A stretch of 64,000 nt of DNA from Patescibacteria group bacterium (GCA_028288925.1 JAQGHG010000003.1:30500-94499), one strand, 5' to 3'; counted from the stretch's first letter, positions 49,918 to 60,290 are shown. Numbers and translations: made by a program. Notes: a model not told the origin generated them from the letters alone.

Positions 49918-50229
49918 ATGGCGCTTAGCCAAGGCGGCACCTACCAAGCCGCCCAATCTGCCCAATCCGGCGGCCCCGCCGCCAAAAACCGCTTCAAGGT
50001 GCGCATCCTCAGCCCTTACCAAACGTACTATCAGGGCGAAGCGGTGAGCCTCAGCGCCACCAACCGCACCGGCCCTTTCGACATCCTGGCCGGCCACATC
50101 AACTTCTTCTCGCTCCTCACCGGCGGCACCGTGGTGCTCAACACCGGCTTTCAACGCCTCGAATTCGAAATCGGCCGCGGTGTCATCCGCGTCAACCACG
50201 ACGAAGTTACGCTCTTCGCCGACGTTTAG
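49918..50229 (+). CDS. atpC: F1 epsilon subunit, N-terminal domain only
   Basis: ILSP...GPFDILAGH...GVIRV. Ends at ADV with no C-terminal helices. Confidence 0.8.
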   Translation: MALSQGGTYQAAQSAQSGGPAAKNRFKVRILSPYQTYYQGEAVSLSATNRTGPFDILAGHINFFSLLTGGTVVLNTGFQRLEFEIGRGVIRVNHDEVTLFADV

Positions 50230-50392
50230 CCGTTTAAAAAACGCGTTTTACCCTCACAACACACCTACGCCAAAAACCCTGCCTAAACCCGAGCATTCGC
50301 TCGAAATTATGCCTAGGTTAAGATTAAAAGTCGTTGACAGCAGATACAGCATAAGCATAATACAGGGTAAGAACATTAAAACAGGAATCCAT

Positions 50393-50632
50393 ATGGCTTA
50401 TTCCAAGACCAATTCTAAAGGGCAGGTGTATTACTTACACATGAAAGACGTAACTCTCAAAGGCGGCCGCCTCCAGCGCATCTATTTCTTTGCCCGCGAC
50501 GTACGCGAAGGCGCCGTCGAAGCTCTGCCGGCCGGCTACATTGAAGTGGAAAATCCCCGCACCGGGCTCTTAGTCCTCAAAAAAGAGGTCAATCAGGCTC
50601 CCGCCAAGCAGTCCGATGGTGTAGCCGCCTAG
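50393..50632 (+). CDS. Small basic hypothetical protein
   Basis: Own promoter TTGACA (50334)...CATAAT, and a terminator at 50651-50681. Confidence 0.7.
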   Translation: MAYSKTNSKGQVYYLHMKDVTLKGGRLQRIYFFARDVREGAVEALPAGYIEVENPRTGLLVLKKEVNQAPAKQSDGVAA

Positions 50633-50650
50633 TCCGCTCGAACCAAACTC

Positions 50651-50681
50651 AAAAAGACCCATCGCTTAAACGGGTCTTTTT
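50651..50681. terminator. Intrinsic terminator
   Basis: Inverted repeat aaaaagaccc...gggtcttttt. Confidence 0.75.
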
Positions 50682-50733
50682 GCTAATGCTCTATTGTGAG
50701 CAATTACTCACCCGTGATAAGCTAAAATCCACT

Positions 50734-51495
50734 ATGGCACAAGCACTACTCGAAGTTAATGATCTCCGCAAAACCTACGCCGGCGGCTTTGAAGCCGTCA
50801 AAGGCGTCAGTTTCTCCGTCAAAAAAGGCGAAGTCTTCGGCATCCTCGGCCCCAACGGCGCCGGCAAAACCACCACGCTCGAAATGATCGAAGGCATGCG
50901 CCCCATCACCAGCGGCACCGCCATCCTCGACGGCATCGATGTCCAAAAGGACACCTACGCCGTCAAAGAACGCATCGGCATCCAGCTCCAGAGCTCGTCA
51001 TTCTTCCAAAATCTCAACCTGCTCGAGCTGCTCAAACTCTTCAACGACCTCTACCTAGAATCCGCCGACCCCATGACCCTCCTCAAAGAAGTCGGTCTCG
51101 AAGAAAAAGCCAAGGCGCAGGTCAAAGAGCTCTCCGGCGGCCAAAAGCAGCGCTTCAGCATCGCCACCACGCTCGTCAACAACCCCGTCGCCATCTTCCT
51201 GGACGAGCCCACCACCGGCCTTGATCCGCAGGCTCGCCGCAACCTCTGGGACCTCGTGCAGCAGATCCAAAAGAAGGGGACCACCGTCATCATCACCACC
51301 CATTACATGGAAGAGGCCCAAATCCTCTGCGACCGCGTAGCCATCATGGACGAGGGTAAAATTATCGCCCTCGACACCCCCGACCAACTCATCCAGGCGC
51401 TGCTCAAGCGCGGCTTCAAGCCCCAGACCAAAGTCGCCCCGGCCACCCTCGAGGACGTCTTCATCGACCTCACCGGAAAGGACCTCAGGGACTAA
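50734..51495 (+). CDS. ABC-2 type transporter ATP-binding protein
   Basis: GPNGAGKT, LSGGQKQR and DEPTTGLDP motifs. Confidence 0.95.
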   Translation: MAQALLEVNDLRKTYAGGFEAVKGVSFSVKKGEVFGILGPNGAGKTTTLEMIEGMRPITSGTAILDGIDVQKDTYAVKERIGIQLQSSSFFQNLNLLELLKLFNDLYLESADPMTLLKEVGLEEKAKAQVKELSGGQKQRFSIATTLVNNPVAIFLDEPTTGLDPQARRNLWDLVQQIQKKGTTVIITTHYMEEAQILCDRVAIMDEGKIIALDTPDQLIQALLKRGFKPQTKVAPATLEDVFIDLTGKDLRD

Positions 51496-51498
51496 ATC

Positions 51499-52599
51499 AT
51501 GAAGCGCATCCTCACCTCGCTCTGGAGCCTCACCGTCGCGTCTACCAAAATGTACTTCCGCAACAAAGCGGCCGTCTTCTTCACCATGTTCATCCCGCTG
51601 GCCTTCATCGGCATCTTCGGCCTCCTGAGCCAGAGCGGCAATAGTAAGCTCACACTGGACATCACGAACCAATCCAAGACTCCGCTCTCGCGCGGCGTCG
51701 TCGATGCCCTTAAGAAGATCGACGCCTTCAAGATCAAGGAAGTCGCGCAATCCGAGGCCTCCGACCAGCTCAACAAGGGCAAAATCGACCTGCAAATCGT
51801 TATCCCGCCGGAATTCGGCCAGACCGGCGCCGACGGCCGCCCGCGACCTAGTGATCTCAAAACCTTCTACAACAAAGCCAAACCCCAGAACGGCCAGACC
51901 GCTAACCTCATCCTGGGCCAAGTAGTCTCGGGTCTCAACGCCGGTATCAGCCACACGCCCCAGATCATCGCCCTCAAATCGCAAGGCGTGCAGACCAATA
52001 ACCTCGGCGTCATCGATTTTCTGTTGCCCGGCATCCTCGCCATGAGCATCATGCAGCTCGGTATCTTTAGCGTAGCCTTCGCCTTTGTATCCCTCAAGAC
52101 CACCGGCGCCCTGCGCCGCATCCAGGCCACGCCCACGCACCCCGTCAACTTTGTGATCGCTCAAGCCATCACCCGCCTCATCATCGGTGTCATTCAGGTC
52201 CTGCTGCTCACCGGTCTAGGCATCTGGTTCTTGGACTTCCATCTGCTCGGCAATTTCTTCGAATTCATGTTTGTGGCCCTCCTCGGCGTCATCATCTTCC
52301 TGGCCTTCGGCTTCACCGTCGCCGGCTGGGCCAAGGATGAGAACTCCGCCGCCCCCATCGCCAACCTCTTCACCTTCCCCATGCTCTTCCTGTCCGGCGT
52401 GTTCTTCCCCCGCGACGGCTTCCCCGGCTGGCTCAAGACCATCACCGATTTCTTCCCCCTCACCTACGTCGCCGACGCCCTCCGTGCCATCGCCAACGAA
52501 GGCGCCCACCTCACCCAGATCATGCCCGAGATTCTCGGTATGGTCGTCTGGGGTATCGTCATGTTCGTCGTCGCCGTTCGCGTTTTTCGCTGGGAGTAA
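51499..52599 (+). CDS. ABC-2 type transporter permease
   Basis: FLLPGILAM, LFLSGVFFP and PLTY motifs. Confidence 0.92.
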   Translation: MKRILTSLWSLTVASTKMYFRNKAAVFFTMFIPLAFIGIFGLLSQSGNSKLTLDITNQSKTPLSRGVVDALKKIDAFKIKEVAQSEASDQLNKGKIDLQIVIPPEFGQTGADGRPRPSDLKTFYNKAKPQNGQTANLILGQVVSGLNAGISHTPQIIALKSQGVQTNNLGVIDFLLPGILAMSIMQLGIFSVAFAFVSLKTTGALRRIQATPTHPVNFVIAQAITRLIIGVIQVLLLTGLGIWFLDFHLLGNFFEFMFVALLGVIIFLAFGFTVAGWAKDENSAAPIANLFTFPMLFLSGVFFPRDGFPGWLKTITDFFPLTYVADALRAIANEGAHLTQIMPEILGMVVWGIVMFVVAVRVFRWE

Positions 52600-52663
52600 A
52601 TGCAGGGGTCCTGTCAGCCGCGGAATATTCCTGCGCTGCCACCCGTAGGCTTGGCTGCGCAGC

Positions 52664-53677
52664 TTAGGCGTATTTCTCCAAAATAGCTAAGTTTTGATAA
52701 GCCATCTCGAGGGTGCAAAACCGCGGGTCCAATTGGTTTCGGCGGACGGAATCAATAAAGCCCTTTGCGGCAAACTTCATCGACTTCGTGAGGAGCGAAT
52801 TACCGTACTTAATGTGCCGCAACGGATCATCGACCGCGATCAGCTCAAGCGGCTGGTCATTCGCGAAGCTCGTGCGCAGACCCTGAGTGTCGCTATAGAG
52901 CGCTATGCCCTGGCTGCCGATCACTTCGATCAACAAATCCTTATACCCAAAACAATAGGTGTCACTAAACATATCAATACTGGCGCCCTCTTCGGTAATG
53001 AACTGGGCCGCGAATTGAGACTCCGCATCTACCGGACGGGCGAACCGTGGATCCTGAAACCGCTTTGTTTGGACCGAACCGCCAACAATCTCCGGCATAC
53101 CCAACAAATGCCGCGCGAGATCGATTTGGTGCGTGCCAATGGCGTTCAGCTGCCCGCCGCCATGCTCCCTATAGTTGTACCAGGAGCCTTGATAATCGGG
53201 GCTCGAAAAAAGGTTCAGGTGAGTGCCGATCCGCACGGTCAGAATAGTCCCGAGGAGCCCCTCCTCAATAAGGTTCCTTAGGTACCCAACCACCGGATGA
53301 AACCGCGCCTCATGATTAATCGCGATCAGGCGGGGATAGCCTTTGACGAGCCGTCGCATATCCGCGACATCGGCCGCCGACAAAGCCGCCGGCTTCTCCA
53401 GGAGAATGTGCTTCTTCGCCCGGACAGCAGCTTCAAACATTGCCTTATGCAAGTGGTTTGGCGAGGCAATTACGACCACATCAATCTTGGGGTCGCCAAT
53501 CAGCTCCTGCCATGTCGCGTAAGTGCCGGCCGCGCCTATCTCTCGCGCGATACGTTTCGTCTTCTCAGGGTCGTGTCCGTTGAGATACAGCTTGCAATCC
53601 GGGTCCAACGCCCGCCACACCTGACCAATAACCTTGCCGAACCCCGTACCAATAATGCCAATAGTAAGATTCTTCAT
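52664..53677 (-). CDS. Gfo/Idh/MocA family oxidoreductase
   Basis: GIIGTG, IASPNHLH, LLEKP and GGG....GTHQID motifs. Confidence 0.9.
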   Translation of the reverse strand: MKNLTIGIIGTGFGKVIGQVWRALDPDCKLYLNGHDPEKTKRIAREIGAAGTYATWQELIGDPKIDVVVIASPNHLHKAMFEAAVRAKKHILLEKPAALSAADVADMRRLVKGYPRLIAINHEARFHPVVGYLRNLIEEGLLGTILTVRIGTHLNLFSSPDYQGSWYNYREHGGGQLNAIGTHQIDLARHLLGMPEIVGGSVQTKRFQDPRFARPVDAESQFAAQFITEEGASIDMFSDTYCFGYKDLLIEVIGSQGIALYSDTQGLRTSFANDQPLELIAVDDPLRHIKYGNSLLTKSMKFAAKGFIDSVRRNQLDPRFCTLEMAYQNLAILEKYA

Positions 53678-53696
53678 ACGCCTGATTATACTATGC

Positions 53697-53877
53697 CCGG
53701 GCTATGGGCTCCGGGGTTAGAACCAAGGGTAGAGGCGCAGGAATACCTCCAGATTGTAAGCCGGCGTGGTTACTGATAGTGGGCACGGCGGAAGAGATGG
53801 TCCACGTTCGTCGGCACAATCAGGAGGTATTCCGCAGCCAAATAGGTAACGGTGTCTCTCAGAATAGCGCTACCCGG
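53697..53877. ncRNA. Candidate rod-shaped structured RNA (6S-like) or REP-like element
   Basis: Closing stems ccggg/cccgg and gctat/atagc, a central unpaired region, and a long inner stem ggaatacctcc.gattgt / acaatc.ggaggtattcc. Confidence 0.45.
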
Positions 53878-53928
53878 CCCTTCATCTGGTAAAGTAAGTG
53901 ATATCACATTCTGCAAAAGGAGCCTGCC

Positions 53929-54576
53929 GTGTCGCGTGAAGCCAAAATCCTAACCGCCATCCTCGTCGTTGTAGCCGGAGGCATGATCGGCCTCTTTGCT
54001 ATCGCCAACAAAAGTCCCGATACCGGCCCCGCCCCGGTCGGAGACAAAACCAAAATCATCCGCGACAATAGTCACAAAGAAGGCACCGGCGCCATCCAGC
54101 TGGTCGAGTTTGGCGACTATCAGTGCCCGGCCTGTGGGGCGGCCTATCCTAACGTTAAGCAGGTCATGAAGGAATACGACGGCAAGGTCACCCTGTACTT
54201 CCGCAACTTCCCGCTCACGCAGATTCACAAAAATGCCATGACGGGCGCCGAAGCCGCCGAAGCCGCCGCCGATCAGGGCAAATTCTGGGAAATGCACGAC
54301 AAACTCTACGAAAAGCAAACCGACTGGAGCGAAGAATCCGATCCCACCACCAAGCTCGCCGGCTACGCCAAAGACCTCGGTCTCGACGTCGACAAGTTCA
54401 AGAAGGCCCTCAGCAACGAGCAATTCAAGAATCTCATCGGCCAAGACACCGCCGATGCCAACGCCCTAAACGTCCAGGCCACTCCTACTTTCTTCATCAA
54501 CGGCACGCAGTACCAGGGCAAGAACGATTACCCCTCGCTCCGCGACGCCATCGAAGCCCAGCTCAGCAAGAAGTAA
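53929..54576 (+). CDS. DsbA-family thiol-disulfide oxidoreductase
   Basis: TM anchor, EFGDYQCPAC, RNFPL and ATPTFFING. Confidence 0.92.
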   Translation: MSREAKILTAILVVVAGGMIGLFAIANKSPDTGPAPVGDKTKIIRDNSHKEGTGAIQLVEFGDYQCPACGAAYPNVKQVMKEYDGKVTLYFRNFPLTQIHKNAMTGAEAAEAAADQGKFWEMHDKLYEKQTDWSEESDPTTKLAGYAKDLGLDVDKFKKALSNEQFKNLIGQDTADANALNVQATPTFFINGTQYQGKNDYPSLRDAIEAQLSKK

Positions 54577-54586
54577 GACCTAGCCT

Positions 54587-55129
54587 CTAAACGTCGAGCA
54601 AGCGCTCGGATTCCCGCACACAAATTTCCCACAGCCCGATATCATTCAGCTTAAATTCGTGCTCCCGGTACGTCAGCGACAGCCACTCGTGAGCCGAATT
54701 ATGCTCAATCACGCAAGTCGCGTCAGCCGATTCCAGCGCCTTTTCTACCTCAGCCAGCTCCGGCACGCCATGAGGCACCACGAAATCCAGGCTATCCGGA
54801 CCGAGGGCGTCTTCGGGCCGGCTCGGCCGCCGCTGCAAAATCTTGATATGCTGAAGCGTATCCAGCGCCAGGGAACGGGGCTTGCGAATGGTAAGAATGG
54901 CCCGCTCGCCGTTCACCGGCGCCATGTGCAGGTAGTCGCCTAGCTCGTACATCCGCTCGGCCGCCTCCAGGGGCGCCACATCGCCCTCCACCTTCCAGCC
55001 CAGGGCGTCGGGTGAGTGCGGACCGATCACCTTCCGCAACTTGGGGGCCTTGGCCAGAAGTTGTTCCCAGACGAGCCAGTAATCGTCGGCCGCCGCCTTA
55101 AACTCGTGGAGGGTGGGGTACGAAGCCAT
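54587..55129 (-). CDS. Hypothetical protein
   Basis: 180 aa ORF coupled to the upstream gene. Confidence 0.6.
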   Translation of the reverse strand: MASYPTLHEFKAAADDYWLVWEQLLAKAPKLRKVIGPHSPDALGWKVEGDVAPLEAAERMYELGDYLHMAPVNGERAILTIRKPRSLALDTLQHIKILQRRPSRPEDALGPDSLDFVVPHGVPELAEVEKALESADATCVIEHNSAHEWLSLTYREHEFKLNDIGLWEICVRESERLLDV

Positions 55130-55764
55130 TACAGCAGCACCTCGCCCCGCTCGGGCTGGCTCAAGCCTCGCGAGCGGATTTCGTAGTGCATGCGGGTGTT
55201 TGGGTCGCCATGCAGGTACAGGACCTTTCGCACCAGTTCGGCGCTATCATGCGCGTCCAGCCGCGAAAACTCCACATCGATACTCTCATCGGCTATCTTA
55301 ATACCCTTCCGCATGAAGCCGTTCAGATGGGGGAGCGCGAACGGTACCTTCTCCGTGGGCTTGCTCCCATCGATACGCTTAGGGCGTTTCGGCGGCTTCT
55401 TGTCGCTCACCATGCCGCCGTCCACCGTCACATGGATCTTGATGGTCTTGTCATCCTCGTCGCTCAAATTGCTCACATAGAGATGGAACGGCAGAAATTC
55501 TTCCTTCAAGCCCTTCTCGTGCTTGTCGAGCTCCCGGCCGTACTCGTCGAGCGCGTGATCGTACCGCTTCCAGTCGATCGGACGGAAAATATTCAAACCG
55601 GGGTACGAGAAAAACGGCCAAATCCGATTGCCCAAAGCCACTAATTGTCGCTTCACAAAGTCTTTCTCGGCCACGATAAAGCGGCGCTCTTTGCCGAGTT
55701 GCAGCTCCGGTGCTGTCTGGAGAGTCACGACGTATTTTGGTTCAGATGATTGCATATTATTCAT
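55129..55764 (-). CDS. Hypothetical protein
   Basis: 211 aa ORF; exact start uncertain. Confidence 0.6.
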   Translation of the reverse strand: MNNMQSSEPKYVVTLQTAPELQLGKERRFIVAEKDFVKRQLVALGNRIWPFFSYPGLNIFRPIDWKRYDHALDEYGRELDKHEKGLKEEFLPFHLYVSNLSDEDDKTIKIHVTVDGGMVSDKKPPKRPKRIDGSKPTEKVPFALPHLNGFMRKGIKIADESIDVEFSRLDAHDSAELVRKVLYLHGDPNTRMHYEIRSRGLSQPERGEVLL

Positions 55765-55832
55765 TCTATCAAAATAACTACAAATCAGCTTTACAAATAT
55801 CGAGAGAACAAGGATTATTGCGGAAGAAATAA

Positions 55833-58022
55833 ATGCAATTACTTATCGTATCCAATCGCTTACCGATCAGCGTCACCAAGGCTGGCGGAAAGCTGTCGTT
55901 CAAGCCAAGCCCTGGTGGACTGGCTACCGCTATGTCGTCGCTCGGCAAGGGGTGGAATTATTCCTGGATCGGCTGGCCCGGCATTGCCTCGGACGAGCTC
56001 ACCGCGCAAGACAAACTCCAGATCACACAGGAGCTCCAAGCCCACAATTGCTATCCGGTCTTCCTGACCGCCAAACAAATCGCCAACTTCTACGAAGGTT
56101 ACTCCAACACCACCATTTGGCCGCTGTTCCACTACTTTCAGTCTCTCACCAAATACCGCTCCGGTTTCTGGGAAGAATACCAAAAAGTCGCCAAGCTCTT
56201 TCGCAAAGAAGTCCTCAAGCACGCTACCGAGAAATCCCTCATCTGGGTGCACGATTACCAGCTCATGACCCTGCCGCGTCTGCTGCGGGACGCCCTGCCT
56301 CACAATTTAATCGGGTTCTTCTTACACATTCCCTTCCCATCCTACGAAATCTACCGGCTGCTGCCCGAGCGCAAAGCCGTTCTGGAGGGCCTGCTCGGTG
56401 CCGATCTGGTCGGCTTCCATACCTACGACTACGCCGATCACTTCATGAGCAGCACCCTGCGCATTCTCGGCCGGGACAACAAACTCTCCGGCGTCATCCT
56501 CAAGGACCGCATCGTCCGCGCGGACGTCTTCCCTATTGGCATTGATTATCGTAAGTTTGCCAACGCCCACAAATCCCCGGCGGTCAAAAAAGAAGCCGCC
56601 GCCCTCCGAAACCACTTTGGCTCCCGGCGCATCATCCTCTCGGTCGACCGCCTCGATTACTCCAAGGGCATTCTGGAGCGGCTGGAGGCCTTCGAGCTGT
56701 TCTTGGAGAACAACCCCGGCTATCACAAAAAGATCGTGCTAGTGGTCATCGCGGTGCCTTCTCGCGCCGAGGTCGACGCCTACCGCCAGCTGCGCGAAAA
56801 CACCGAGCAAGCCGTGAGCCGGATCAACGGCAAGTTTGGTTCGGTCGACTGGACGCCCATCTCGTACCAGTACAAGAACCTGCCGTTCGAGCAGCTCGTA
56901 GCGCTCTATGGCGAGGCCGACGTCGCCCTCATCACGCCACTGCGCGACGGCATGAACCTAGTAGCCAAGGAATACATCGCCACCAAGGGGCGCCGCAGCG
57001 GCGTGCTCATCGTCAGCGAGATGGCCGGCGTCGCCGACGAGCTGCCCGAAGCCACGCGGGTGAACCCCAGCGACAAAGTCGGCATCGCCGGAGCCCTAGA
57101 GACGGCTCTCCAGCTCCCTTCGGTCGAGCAAAAACGCCGGCTTCACGTCATGCAGACCCGCCTCTCCAAGTACAACGTCGTGCGCTGGGCCGAGGACTTC
57201 ATCGAGCAGCTCTCCGACACCCAGACCAAAAAAACCGCCCGCGACATCGACACCCTCACACCGCAGATCCAAGAGCAGCTCATCGCCGACTTCCGCAAAG
57301 CCAAGCGCCGGCTCCTCCTGTTTGACTACGACGGCACGCTCACCAACTTTGTCTCCAACCCCCGGCCGGCCTCGGCCAAGCCGTCGCCGGCGCTCCTCGG
57401 GATGCTCACCAAACTCTCCGGCGCGCCCGGCACCAAGCTCGCTATCGTTAGCGGCCGCCCCAAGACGGCGCTCGAAGGGTGGTTTGGCAAACTGCCATTC
57501 TCACTCGTGGCCGAGCATGGCGGCTGGACCAAGGTGGACGGCGCCTGGACACCCGCGGGCACGGCCGCCCAAGATTGGAAAGCCGGCCTGCGCCTGGTAC
57601 TAGAGCAGGCCACCGAGCGTACTCCGGGCGCCCTCATCGAAGAAAAAGATTATTCGCTCGTCTGGCATTATCGCAACGTCACCCCGCACTTGGCCTATGT
57701 CCGCAAAGCCAGCCTCCTACACGATACCCAAAAGCAGCTCAAAAATTCCGAAATCGAAACCTTTGAAGGCAGCAAGACCCTCGAATTCAAACCCCGCGCT
57801 ATCAACAAAAAGACCGCCGCCGCCAAGCTCATCGGCAAGACTAAGTACGACTTCATCCTCTCCATCGGCGACGATAACACCGACGAAGACATGTTCGCGG
57901 CGCTTCCGGAATCGGCCTACACCATCCGGGTCGGCCGGGGCGCTTCGCAGGCCCGCTACCACCTGGCCTCCGTTGAGCAAGTACTAATGCTTGTATCTGA
58001 GCTTTCAGCGGTGTTACCGTGA
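55833..58022 (+). CDS. Bifunctional trehalose-6-phosphate synthase/phosphatase
   Basis: VSNRLP, GGLA, WVHDYQ, DRLDYSKG and RDGMNLVAKE (OtsA); DYDGTL and GDDNTDE (OtsB). Confidence 0.95.
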   Translation: MQLLIVSNRLPISVTKAGGKLSFKPSPGGLATAMSSLGKGWNYSWIGWPGIASDELTAQDKLQITQELQAHNCYPVFLTAKQIANFYEGYSNTTIWPLFHYFQSLTKYRSGFWEEYQKVAKLFRKEVLKHATEKSLIWVHDYQLMTLPRLLRDALPHNLIGFFLHIPFPSYEIYRLLPERKAVLEGLLGADLVGFHTYDYADHFMSSTLRILGRDNKLSGVILKDRIVRADVFPIGIDYRKFANAHKSPAVKKEAAALRNHFGSRRIILSVDRLDYSKGILERLEAFELFLENNPGYHKKIVLVVIAVPSRAEVDAYRQLRENTEQAVSRINGKFGSVDWTPISYQYKNLPFEQLVALYGEADVALITPLRDGMNLVAKEYIATKGRRSGVLIVSEMAGVADELPEATRVNPSDKVGIAGALETALQLPSVEQKRRLHVMQTRLSKYNVVRWAEDFIEQLSDTQTKKTARDIDTLTPQIQEQLIADFRKAKRRLLLFDYDGTLTNFVSNPRPASAKPSPALLGMLTKLSGAPGTKLAIVSGRPKTALEGWFGKLPFSLVAEHGGWTKVDGAWTPAGTAAQDWKAGLRLVLEQATERTPGALIEEKDYSLVWHYRNVTPHLAYVRKASLLHDTQKQLKNSEIETFEGSKTLEFKPRAINKKTAAAKLIGKTKYDFILSIGDDNTDEDMFAALPESAYTIRVGRGASQARYHLASVEQVLMLVSELSAVLP

Positions 58023-58036
58023 GCTAACACAAAACG

Positions 58037-58657
58037 ATGTCACCAGATATGTCACCCCACTTCCTCGCGCCAAACAACCCCCTCCTGGCATCAGTTGCAC
58101 CGGCAATATCGCCAGGTGAGATTAGTGGTGGGGAAGTGCGCGGTATCATCGAACGCCTACTATCCATAGCCTACGGCGAGCAGTCGGACCGGGCCAAGCC
58201 GATTCTGGTAGGCCTGGCCGCGCCGCAGGTCGGCATCGCCCGGCGCATCATCCTGGTAGACGTAGCCGCCGAGGGCCACGGTAGCGTCGGCGACTTAAGG
58301 GTATACATCAACCCCGAAATCATCTGGCAATCCCCGGAAGAGGCCGAGTGGTACGAGGGCTGCTACTCCACCGGCCGGGTGTGCGGCGTGGTATCGCGCC
58401 CCACCAAGATCCGCATCAAAGCTCTAAGCCCCAGTGGCGAGCCGGTCGAAGAAACTCACAGCGGCTACACCGCCCGAATCTTCCAGCACGAAATCGACCA
58501 TCTCAACGGCGCCGAATTTGTCTCGCGCATCACCGACGACGCCAAACTCCACTGGGTAGAACCCAGCCAATTCCCCGAATACCGCGACAACGAAGGCTGG
58601 CGCCATTGGCCCCACAAATGCTCGCGCGAACGCTGGAATAGCATCAAAGGCGCTTAA
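58037..58657 (+). CDS. def: Peptide deformylase
   Basis: GLAAPQVG, EGCYS and QHEIDHLNG motifs. Confidence 0.92.
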   Translation: MSPDMSPHFLAPNNPLLASVAPAISPGEISGGEVRGIIERLLSIAYGEQSDRAKPILVGLAAPQVGIARRIILVDVAAEGHGSVGDLRVYINPEIIWQSPEEAEWYEGCYSTGRVCGVVSRPTKIRIKALSPSGEPVEETHSGYTARIFQHEIDHLNGAEFVSRITDDAKLHWVEPSQFPEYRDNEGWRHWPHKCSRERWNSIKGA

Positions 58658-58822
58658 AAAACTTTACGATATAAAAAGAAGCCCGGGATCGTCCCGGGTA
58701 CCGCCTAGCCGAACCCTTCAAAGCCGTGGATTGTTTAAAGAACGTAAGCCTACGATGCCATTAGATAAAGTGCTCACAATGGCATTTCACAATAAGAGCG
58801 GTTTTAAAAACCAAATAATTCC

Positions 58823-58899
58823 TGGTGGGCCCGGCAGGACTTGAACCTGCGACCAAGCGGTTATGAGCCGCCTGCTCTAACCAACTGAGCTACGGGCCC
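58823..58899 (-). tRNA. tRNA with CAT anticodon, probably tRNA-Ile2 (lysidine)
   Basis: GGGCCCG acceptor stem, CT-CAT-AA loop, GGTTCAAGTCC and CCA. The Ile2 identity is inferred. Confidence 0.9.
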
Positions 58900-58934
58900 C
58901 CATAATGCGGGGCAAGTATATTATACTTACGACA

Positions 58935-59741
58935 ATGAAGCTGCGCCATCTGATAATACCACTAGCTCTCGGGGCTTTCCTGAGCCTCGCGCCGCGTCCG
59001 GCCGCCGCTGCTAGCGAAGCCGTTGCCAATATAGCCGTTACGGCGCATCTAGACAAGGCCGGCTCCCTCGACATCACCGAGGCGATCGATTACGACTTCG
59101 GCGATACCGCTCCCCACGACGTCATCCACGGCGTGCCTTTGTCCTACCACGATGATCAGGGCAACAACTTCAACCTCACCTTTAAGCTGCTCTCCGCCAC
59201 CCGGGACGGCGCGCCCCTGCGTGATGCCGCGGCCGCCGACTCAAACGCCGTTCACTTCAATCTCCCCTCCGGATCAGCCGCGGGCACGCGCCACTACGAG
59301 CTGCACTATACGCTCGCCCCAGTGGTCTTCCATGGCGACACGCACGACATCTTCAAACACAACATCACCGGGCTGAGCTGGGCCGTGCCGGTCAACCAGG
59401 TTTCGTTCAAGCTCGACAGCCCCGGCCTCGTATCGGCCGACCTCACCTGCCTCACCGGCGCTCAGGGATCCACCTCTAGCAGCTGCCAGACGTCCCAGGA
59501 CGGAGATCTGCTCACTGTCACGGCCACCGCCCCCATCCCAGCCGGCGAGACCCTCAGTGCCTACTGCAGCTTCCCTCACGATTCCTTCGGTCGTTATCTT
59601 GAGCTAGCCAGGAACCCGCTGGCCTGGCTGCCTTTGGCGCTTGTAGGCCTCGTAGCCGCCGCCTTCCTAGCTATCATCATCACCGGCATCGTCTTCCTGA
59701 TCCGCCGTCATATGCAGCCGCCGGCGCCCCCCGAGTCCTGA
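58935..59741 (+). CDS. DUF2207-like exported membrane protein
   Basis: Signal peptide, GSLDITEAIDYDFG, YELHY, C.TGAQGS and a C-terminal TM helix. Confidence 0.75.
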   Translation: MKLRHLIIPLALGAFLSLAPRPAAAASEAVANIAVTAHLDKAGSLDITEAIDYDFGDTAPHDVIHGVPLSYHDDQGNNFNLTFKLLSATRDGAPLRDAAAADSNAVHFNLPSGSAAGTRHYELHYTLAPVVFHGDTHDIFKHNITGLSWAVPVNQVSFKLDSPGLVSADLTCLTGAQGSTSSSCQTSQDGDLLTVTATAPIPAGETLSAYCSFPHDSFGRYLELARNPLAWLPLALVGLVAAAFLAIIITGIVFLIRRHMQPPAPPES

Positions 59742-59754
59742 TATACTAAAACCA

Positions 59755-60156
59755 ATGAAGATCCCCAAACTCCCCCAGCTCAGGCTCACCCTCTCGAGCG
59801 TCGTAAATGTCGTGGGCGTGGCTATCATTGCCTACCTGCTGGTCGTCTTGGCCCAGACCGTCAAGCACAACTACGACATGGGCCGCCAGATCGAAGACCT
59901 CAAGTCGCAAATCACCCTGCTCCAGGATCAAAAAGATTCCCTGGCCTACAGCATCCAGTACTACAAGACCGACTCCTTCCGCGAACGCGAAGCCCGCTCC
60001 AAGCTCGGCCTCCAGCTCCCGGGCGAAAACGTCGTAATCGTGCCCCACGCCAGCTCCACCCCGGCTCTCAATCCCTCCGACACCACCAAACGGCCGCTCG
60101 GTCCACGCTCAAATTTTCAGCAATGGCTCGACTTCCTCACCGGCCGCGACAGCTAG
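59755..60156 (+). CDS. Septum formation initiator (DivIC/FtsB family)
   Basis: TM helix, coiled coil and EREARSKLGLQLPGE. Confidence 0.85.
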   Translation: MKIPKLPQLRLTLSSVVNVVGVAIIAYLLVVLAQTVKHNYDMGRQIEDLKSQITLLQDQKDSLAYSIQYYKTDSFREREARSKLGLQLPGENVVIVPHASSTPALNPSDTTKRPLGPRSNFQQWLDFLTGRDS

Positions 60157-60212
60157 CGATCCCGTCAACAGTTGACCGGGGCCTCCCAATCTGGTAAATT
60201 ATAGCTTGTTGC

Positions 60213-60290
60213 CGCGGGGTGGAGCAGATGGATTAGCTCGCTGGGCTCATAACCCAGAGGTCGTAGGTTCAAGTCCTACCCCCGCTACCA
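60213..60290 (+). tRNA. Initiator tRNA-fMet (CAT)
   Basis: C1 mismatch, three G-C pairs (GGG/CCC) in the anticodon stem, and CCA. Terminator at 60307-60332. Confidence 0.95.

Noticed and set aside
53728-53760. Lysine riboswitch (AGAGGCGC)
   Set aside because: Only the first motif matches, and the downstream gene is dsbA-like.
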